Shown here in pieces: positions 58,003-64,000 of a stretch of DNA of 64,000 bases. This DNA is from a virus, in IMG/VR virus record IMGVR_UViG_3300034105_003474, positions 80,874 to 144,873 of that record, one strand, 5' to 3'. Every line of letters starts with the position of its first letter. Position 1 is the first letter of the stretch. The notes beneath the pieces are model-generated. The model was not told the origin of the DNA and did no database searches. It saw nothing but the letters and a program-made list of their open reading frames with translations. The position numbers were made by a program, and so were the translations under genes.

Positions 58003-58680
58003 ATGTCAGCACCAAATATCGTAGGCGTAACGACCATTAAGGGTAAAACAGCAGTTCTTGCTGTCACGACTACGGCTACACCTATCGTCAAAAACGAGGG
58101 TAGTAGCGCAGGAACAACAACTGTTGTTACAGCAAGCGGATCATCTGCATATGTTGTCGGCGGTTCAAATAACGCAACTCTTGCTTTTGTTCGTGGCGCA
58201 ACTTACACTATTCAAGTAAGCGCAGTTGGTCACCCGTTCTGGATTCAAACATCATCGGGCGCGTATAACGCAGCCAATGTTGTCACTTCTGGCATTACAA
58301 ACAACGGTACCGAACTCGGCTATATCACCTATCAGGTTCCTGCTGATGCTCCAAGCACTCTTTACTATGCTTGCCAACACCATTCCGCTATGGCTGGAAC
58401 GATCAATATCACTGGTACGGCAAGCAACTCAGGCAAGGTGCTTAAAATCAATGCCTTGTATGTAGCGAACGTAGACGGTGCCACCGCCGCAGATATTTCA
58501 GTTGCTTTGTATCGTTCGGGTGTTGCTTATGAACTTGCCCACACTGTCTCTGTCCCAGCAGACGCAACACTAGATGTCATTAGTAAATCTATTTATCTAG
58601 AAGAAGGCGATGATTTGCGCCTTACCGCATCTGCCAACTCTGACCTTGAAGCAGTATGTAGTTATGAGGAGATTAGTTAA
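58003..58680 (+). CDS. Small tail-associated protein with an inserted cupredoxin-like module
   Basis: GHPFWIQT..LYYACQHHSAMAG sits inside a ~120-aa APNIV..KINALYVANVDG..SYEEIS protein. Confidence 0.75.
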   Translation: MSAPNIVGVTTIKGKTAVLAVTTTATPIVKNEGSSAGTTTVVTASGSSAYVVGGSNNATLAFVRGATYTIQVSAVGHPFWIQTSSGAYNAANVVTSGITNNGTELGYITYQVPADAPSTLYYACQHHSAMAGTINITGTASNSGKVLKINALYVANVDGATAADISVALYRSGVAYELAHTVSVPADATLDVISKSIYLEEGDDLRLTASANSDLEAVCSYEEIS

Positions 58681-59708
58681 TGGCTAGAGGACCGGGTGGT
58701 TCTATTGGGCCGAAGAGAAGTAGCAAAAGCGGCATACTGAGCCTTACTGCTATTCAACAACAGTTGCTACCGGGTGCCCCATCAGGTGTTGAATATCTTG
58801 TTGTTGCTGGCGGTGGTGGTGGCGGTTCTCATGTTGGCGGTGGTGGTGGTGCTGGCGGATTCAGAACAAGCGTTTCTGGTGCTACATCAGGTGGTGGTTC
58901 TTCGGCTGAATCCGTTCTTGCTGTCAGCCCAGGGGTTTCATACACAGTAACTATTGGTGGAGGTGGTGCTGGTGGTGCCTCAGATGCCCGAGGGGCAGTC
59001 GGTCAAAATTCTGTTTTTGGTTCAATTACATCACTCGGTGGTGGTGGTGGTGGGACATGGCAAGGTAGTGGAACGATAACAGGAATTGCTGGCGGTTCGG
59101 GAGGCGGTGCTGGTGGAGATAACTCTGCTGGCTCAGGTGCGGGTGGCGCTGGAACAACAGGACAAGGTTATGCAGGTGGTTCCGTTGGTGCACGAGCAGG
59201 TCAAACCAATGCGTCAGGCGCTGGTGGAGGTGGCGCGGGGGCTGCGGCATTAAATCGTGCCTTATCTTATGATGATACACGCCGAGATGGCGGTGTAGGA
59301 CAGCAAAGTTCCATAACAGGTACTTCATATTACTACGCAGGTGGTGGTGGGTCTGGCACATACAATGCAGTTTTGGGAGGCTTTGGAGGATCTGGAGGAG
59401 GAGGAGGAGGAGCCTCAACCGCATCAACAGCAGGAACTGGCGGAACTGGAGGAACGGCGAATGGAGGCAATGGCGCTTCTGGGGCAGGTCAACTAGGCGG
59501 TGCTGGAGGAAACAACACAGGTGGAGGCGGTGGCGGTGGTGCTGGTGGTGCAACGGGAACTGGTGGCAACGGTGGTTCGGGCGTTGTTATTTTGCGTTAC
59601 TCAGATACCAATACACTCGCGACAGCAACTACTGGTTCGCCAACCGTAACAACAGCAGGTGGCTACAGAATATATACTTTTACCGCCTCGGGAAGCATAA
59701 CCTTTTAG
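58680..59708 (+). CDS. Glycine-rich adhesin-like protein
   Basis: Paralog of 54088-55053. Confidence 0.8.
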   Translation: MARGPGGSIGPKRSSKSGILSLTAIQQQLLPGAPSGVEYLVVAGGGGGGSHVGGGGGAGGFRTSVSGATSGGGSSAESVLAVSPGVSYTVTIGGGGAGGASDARGAVGQNSVFGSITSLGGGGGGTWQGSGTITGIAGGSGGGAGGDNSAGSGAGGAGTTGQGYAGGSVGARAGQTNASGAGGGGAGAAALNRALSYDDTRRDGGVGQQSSITGTSYYYAGGGGSGTYNAVLGGFGGSGGGGGGASTASTAGTGGTGGTANGGNGASGAGQLGGAGGNNTGGGGGGGAGGATGTGGNGGSGVVILRYSDTNTLATATTGSPTVTTAGGYRIYTFTASGSITF

Positions 59709-59772
59709 GCATTCAAAAAAATCAACAACACAAAACAGTGTAAAATATACACAACAACAGGAGCAAAGAAAT

Positions 59773-60141
59773 ATGGCACATTTTGCAGAAATCGGTGAAG
59801 ACAACATCGTATTGCGAGTCATCGTGGTATCTAACGATGATTGCAAAGACGCAGAGGGCAACGAATCAGAGGCTGTAGGCGCTGAATTCTGTCGCAACCT
59901 TTTGGGTGGAACGTGGAAGCAGACCTCGTACAACGGCAACATGCGTGCCCGCTACGCAGGTATCGGCTACAAGTATGATTCCGCCCTAAATGCGTACATC
60001 GCCCCTAAGCCTTACCCTTCTTGGACTCTTGATACAGAAACCACCGAATGGGAAGCACCAGTTGCCCGCCCAGCAGAGGGCATGTACAGTTGGGACGAAG
60101 AAGAGCAAGAGTGGGTAGAAATCGTTATTCCGTCGGAATAA
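59773..60141 (+). CDS. MAHFA-type small tail-fibre partner protein
   Basis: MAHFAEI, WKQTSYN, YAGIGY, PKPYPSW motifs; AGGAG SD. Confidence 0.75.
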   Translation: MAHFAEIGEDNIVLRVIVVSNDDCKDAEGNESEAVGAEFCRNLLGGTWKQTSYNGNMRARYAGIGYKYDSALNAYIAPKPYPSWTLDTETTEWEAPVARPAEGMYSWDEEEQEWVEIVIPSE

Positions 60142-60144
60142 TAG

Positions 60145-61377
60145 ATGTCCCTTACTTTTCCCGCCTCTCCAAGCGTTGGTGATACCTACACGGTAGGTGC
60201 GCGTACTTGGTCATGGTCAGGAACGATTTGGGAAATTACAGGCACTGTTGCGGCGGCTGGTTCTATCGGCACAACTGAACTAGCCGATAGTGCTATAACT
60301 AGTGCAAAGATTGCTGCTGGAGCCGTTGTAGAGGCAGATATTGCCGCCAACGCTGTTACGCAAGCGAAACTTCACACAACTTTGAGTGGCATTACCATTT
60401 GCACATCGTCAACAAAACCTGCATCGCCTTTTATAGGTCAAACGATTTTTGAGACTGATACAAATAGAATTAAAGTGTATTTGTCGGCTGGTTGGAGCGT
60501 TGGTACTTCGCACTCTATTGCACTGACTTTAGAATACCTAGTCATTGCAGGTGGTGGCTCAGGAGGTACTTCATATGCTGCTGGCGGTGGTGCTGGTGGA
60601 TACCGAACGAATGTAAATAGCGCCACATCTGGTGGTGGTGCTTCCGCTGAGGCATCAATGACGGTTGTCCCCGGAACCTACACGGTTACGGTTGGTGCGG
60701 GTGGCGCAGCACCAACAATAGATAGCGGCGTAACTGGAGTCAGTGGCTCGTCTTCTGCTTTTTCAACCATCACTTCAACTGGGGGTGGTGGAGGTGGTTC
60801 TTATAATGCAGGCTCTGTCACGGCAGGATTAGTTGGTGGTTCTGGCGGTGGCGGTGGCGGTGAAACTGCCGCTGGTGGTGCTGGCACCGCAAATCAAGGT
60901 TACGCAGGGGGGTCAGGGTCCAGTACTGGGTCAGCGTATTGCGGTGGAGGAGGTGGTGGTGCTGGTGCTGCTGGTGTGGCTGGTAGCACTGCTGGAGGGA
61001 GTGGAGGCACTGGTGTTTCTTCCACAATCACTGGTACAGCAACAACTCGTGCTGGCGGTGGTGGAGGAGGTGCCTACAACGCATCGGCTGGGACTGCTGG
61101 CTCAGGAGGAACTGGCGGTGGTGGTGCGGGTATTAAAGGTTCTGGAACAGCCACTTCAGGCACGGAGAATACTGGCGGTGGTGGCGGTGGCGCTGGTGGT
61201 ATTGGTTCTGGTAATGGTGGTGGACTAAGGGGTGGTGCTGGTGGTTCTGGTGTTGTAATCGTGCGCTATACAACCACAGAGGCTTCAGGTTTAACCATCA
61301 CTGGTGGCACCCCAACGACTTATGGTACTTATACAGTTCGTACTTTCACATCTTCGGGAAGTTTGGTTATCACATAA
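60145..61377 (+). CDS. Glycine-rich adhesin-like protein with fibre N-terminus
   Basis: FPASP start, VTxAKI repeats, Gly-rich domain. Confidence 0.8.
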   Translation: MSLTFPASPSVGDTYTVGARTWSWSGTIWEITGTVAAAGSIGTTELADSAITSAKIAAGAVVEADIAANAVTQAKLHTTLSGITICTSSTKPASPFIGQTIFETDTNRIKVYLSAGWSVGTSHSIALTLEYLVIAGGGSGGTSYAAGGGAGGYRTNVNSATSGGGASAEASMTVVPGTYTVTVGAGGAAPTIDSGVTGVSGSSSAFSTITSTGGGGGGSYNAGSVTAGLVGGSGGGGGGETAAGGAGTANQGYAGGSGSSTGSAYCGGGGGGAGAAGVAGSTAGGSGGTGVSSTITGTATTRAGGGGGGAYNASAGTAGSGGTGGGGAGIKGSGTATSGTENTGGGGGGAGGIGSGNGGGLRGGAGGSGVVIVRYTTTEASGLTITGGTPTTYGTYTVRTFTSSGSLVIT

Positions 61378-62849
61378 TGCCTATTAACTTTCCCGACTCC
61401 CCAGCCACAAATGATTCTTTCACGTCAGGTGGAAAGAAGTGGATCTTTAACGGCACCACTTGGAACCTAATCACTGCTAACTCTTATACTATTCCTACAA
61501 GTGAAGTAACAGCGGCAAAGATTGCTTCTAATGCTGTCACTGAAGCCAAGATTAATGATGGCGCAGTAACCCAAGCCAAACTCGCTTCTGGGCTTTCGGG
61601 TATTACAGTCACTACTACGGCTAACCGTTCTGCTGTTATTCCTTCACCTTTTACTGGTCAATTCATTTTTCTTACTGACACAAGCCAACTACAGCGATGG
61701 GATGGTAGTGCTTGGGTTGTTGCAATTACAACAGTGCCGACAGGTGCCCCTACTTCCGTAGCAGTCTCAGGTTCTCCTACCTCTAGTTCAGTCACACTTA
61801 CGTTCTCCGCTGGTGGTGATGGTGGTTCGGCAATTACAAACTACCAATATGCTCTTTCCACTAACGGTGGTACAACATACGGTTCCTACACAGCACTTTC
61901 ACCAGCGGATGGCACAAGTCCAATCACTATTACTGGTCTTGCTGTTGGTACTGCTTACAATGTAAAACTTAAAGCGGTAAACGCTTTGGGTGCTGGCTCA
62001 TCAGAATCCTCTGCCGTTTCATTTACTACAGCAAGCCTTTCAATTGAATACCTCGTCATTGCTGGTGGTGCTGGCGGTGGTGGGGAGGCTTCAGGCGGTG
62101 GTGGTGCTGGTGGTTATCGGACAAATGTAAGTGGGGCTACATCGGGTGGTGGTGCCTCTGCCGAAGCGTCTTTTTCTATCACCCCAGCAACCTATACAGT
62201 CACAGTTGGTGCTGGTGGTGCTGGGTCCACTTCTCAACTTGTAAATGGTACCAACGGCGCTTCATCTGTCTTTTCAACTATCACTTCAACAGGCGGTGGT
62301 GGCGGTGGCGGACTTAGCGCTAATGGTTCTTCTGGCGGTTCGGGTGGTGGTGCCTCATACAACGTTGGTGCTGGTGGTGCAGGAACCTCTAGCCAAGGTT
62401 ACGCAGGAGGTGCAGGAAACAACACACCCACCAACGAAGGATACAGAGGTGGAGGTGGTGGCGGTGCTGGTGCTGTTGGAACAACTTCTGGTGGAAATGG
62501 CGTTAGTTCGTCCATAACTGGTACCGCTGTAACTCGTGGAGGCGGCGGTGGTGGTGCTTGCGGCAACAGTATTTCTGTTGGCGCTGGTGGTTCTGGCGGA
62601 GGCGGTAATGGCGCGAAACGAACAACCAGCCTTTCGGTCGCTGGCACGGCAAACACGGGCGGTGGCGGAGGTGGAGGCGATTTGTTTTCTAGTTACAGCA
62701 ATGGTGCCGCTGGTGGTTCAGGTGTAGTTATAGTTCGTTATCTGACAGCAGACGCTTCAGGTTCCACTATTACAGGTGGTACTGAAACAACCTCTGGCTC
62801 TTACACCGTTAGAACATTCTTAGCATCAGGAAGTTTGGTGGTCGCATAA
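61377..62849 (+). CDS. FN3 + glycine-rich adhesin-like protein
   Basis: PTGAPT..DGGSAITNYQY..ITGL..YNVKLKAVN FN3 motif, then Gly-rich domain. Confidence 0.82.
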   Translation: MPINFPDSPATNDSFTSGGKKWIFNGTTWNLITANSYTIPTSEVTAAKIASNAVTEAKINDGAVTQAKLASGLSGITVTTTANRSAVIPSPFTGQFIFLTDTSQLQRWDGSAWVVAITTVPTGAPTSVAVSGSPTSSSVTLTFSAGGDGGSAITNYQYALSTNGGTTYGSYTALSPADGTSPITITGLAVGTAYNVKLKAVNALGAGSSESSAVSFTTASLSIEYLVIAGGAGGGGEASGGGGAGGYRTNVSGATSGGGASAEASFSITPATYTVTVGAGGAGSTSQLVNGTNGASSVFSTITSTGGGGGGGLSANGSSGGSGGGASYNVGAGGAGTSSQGYAGGAGNNTPTNEGYRGGGGGGAGAVGTTSGGNGVSSSITGTAVTRGGGGGGACGNSISVGAGGSGGGGNGAKRTTSLSVAGTANTGGGGGGGDLFSSYSNGAAGGSGVVIVRYLTADASGSTITGGTETTSGSYTVRTFLASGSLVVA

Positions 62850-63163
62850 TGGCTATAGATTTTCCTAACTCACCATCTAACAACGACCAATTCACTGTTG
62901 GATCAACAACATGGATGTACAACGGCACAGCATGGGTTATCGTCTTAGGCGAATCCTCAATCGCTACGGGTGCAGTAACTACTGATAAAATTGCTACTAA
63001 CGCTATAACAGCGGCAAAATTGGCAACAAGTGCAACAAACGACTATGTACTGATGGCGGATTCATCCACTGCTGCTGGTGTAAAATGGGCAGACATACCA
63101 CCCTCGGGAGGCTTGTCCACTACAACCGAAGGCGCAATTATGACAATGACCATAGGAGCATAA
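62849..63163 (+). CDS. Small tail fibre-like protein
   Basis: IDFPNSP start; VTTDKIA repeats. Confidence 0.7.
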   Translation: MAIDFPNSPSNNDQFTVGSTTWMYNGTAWVIVLGESSIATGAVTTDKIATNAITAAKLATSATNDYVLMADSSTAAGVKWADIPPSGGLSTTTEGAIMTMTIGA

Positions 63164-63502
63164 ATGGCTATCGGCGACAGAAACGAAGCACGACTAGGTG
63201 GACCAGTACAGTTAGGCACCACAACCACAGTTATTGCCACAGCCGCTACAGGGTACGCTGACATCATTAAACAGGTTGTTATTTGCAACACGGATACCGT
63301 TGACCGCACGGTCACTTTGGCTATTGGTTCTGCGGCTACTGCCGCAAACCGTCTAATGTCATCCCTCCCTATTGGCGCTAATGACGTGATGATTTGGGAT
63401 ACCGCCATTGTTCTAGCGGCTGGTGAGACATTACAAGGATTATCAGATACCGCCGCCAAAGTTACGGTAACGGCTGTTGGCTGGGAAAAACAAACGGCTT
63501 AA
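63164..63502 (+). CDS. Small tail-associated protein (~110-aa family)
   Basis: IIKQVVICNTD..VLAAGETL. Confidence 0.7.
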   Translation: MAIGDRNEARLGGPVQLGTTTTVIATAATGYADIIKQVVICNTDTVDRTVTLAIGSAATAANRLMSSLPIGANDVMIWDTAIVLAAGETLQGLSDTAAKVTVTAVGWEKQTA

Positions 63503-64000
63503 ATGGGACTTGACTCTGGCTACGGTATTGGCTCATTGAAGCCAGGTGTGTGTACTAGTTCCACACGCCCTGCTGCGCCTTATGTCGGACAAACAATATT
63601 TGAGACAGACACAAACTTGATGAAAGTTTATTTGTCAAATGGTTGGAGTAATGGCACACAACATCTGCGAGATATCCCTGTGGAATATTTAGTTATTGCT
63701 GGTGGTGGTGCTGGTGGTGCTGCAAACACGGGTTCGGGTGCTTCTGGTGGTGGCGGTGGAGCAGGTGGTTACAGGTCGTCCGTTTTAGGGGAAACTAGCG
63801 GTGGCGGTGCGTCCATAGAATCACGATTGTCTTTAGGCGAGGGAACATACACGGTTACTGTCGGAGCGGGTGGAACTGGTGTTACTGATAGGGCTGGTGG
63901 TTCAGGAACTAATTCAACTTTCAGCACGATTACTTCTACGGGTGGTGGCGGTGGTGGTTGCGGAAGCGACTATGCACCTGCAACTGGCGGTTCTGGCGGT
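63503..64000 (+). CDS. Glycine-rich adhesin-like protein, truncated by the right window edge
   Basis: ATG 63503: MGLDSGYGIGSLKPGVCTSSTRPAAPYVGQTIFETDTN..VEYLVIAGGG; open to the end. Confidence 0.8.
   Translation, partial: MGLDSGYGIGSLKPGVCTSSTRPAAPYVGQTIFETDTNLMKVYLSNGWSNGTQHLRDIPVEYLVIAGGGAGGAANTGSGASGGGGGAGGYRSSVLGETSGGGASIESRLSLGEGTYTVTVGAGGTGVTDRAGGSGTNSTFSTITSTGGGGGGCGSDYAPATGGSGG

Noticed and set aside
54088-59708. Diversity-generating retroelement TR/VR pair at the Gly-rich gene 3' ends
   Set aside because: Differences are not adenine-specific, both copies are full genes, and no reverse transcriptase is in the window.
1-64000. tRNA genes, integrase, major capsid, endolysin, stop-codon reassignment
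   Set aside because: None recognised; intergenic gaps are short and all three stop codons end tightly packed genes.

Overview
64 kb of a large tailed-phage genome (contractile tail, HK97-type head, standard genetic code, GC roughly mid-40s% by eye). A leftward head operon (18.5 kb to the window edge) encodes a small membrane protein, a portal-MuF fusion, a long HK97-type prohead protease and a Cys/PepSY-like protein. It then runs into an unusual array of large proteins sharing an N-terminal 'RCPxG..GGxxTD..C' module; three of them end in PI3/PI4-kinase/HipA-like domains, each followed by a ~100-aa partner gene. The rightward arm encodes TerL, an XRE regulator, a Rad52/Sak-like annealing protein, a PD-(D/E)XK nuclease, an IbrA/IbrB-like PAPS-reductase/ParB pair, an Arg-rich protein, neck, sheath, tube, a frameshifted tail chaperone, tape measure and baseplate. 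About 24 kb of tail-fibre/adhesin-like genes follow, interrupted by a cassette with a U32-methyltransferase fusion and a membrane protein. No major capsid, small terminase, endolysin, integrase, tRNA or CRISPR array was recognised. The best candidate for a new system is the head-operon array of putative virion-packaged kinases with cognate partner (immunity-like) proteins. All calls come from motif recognition by eye; no searches were run.
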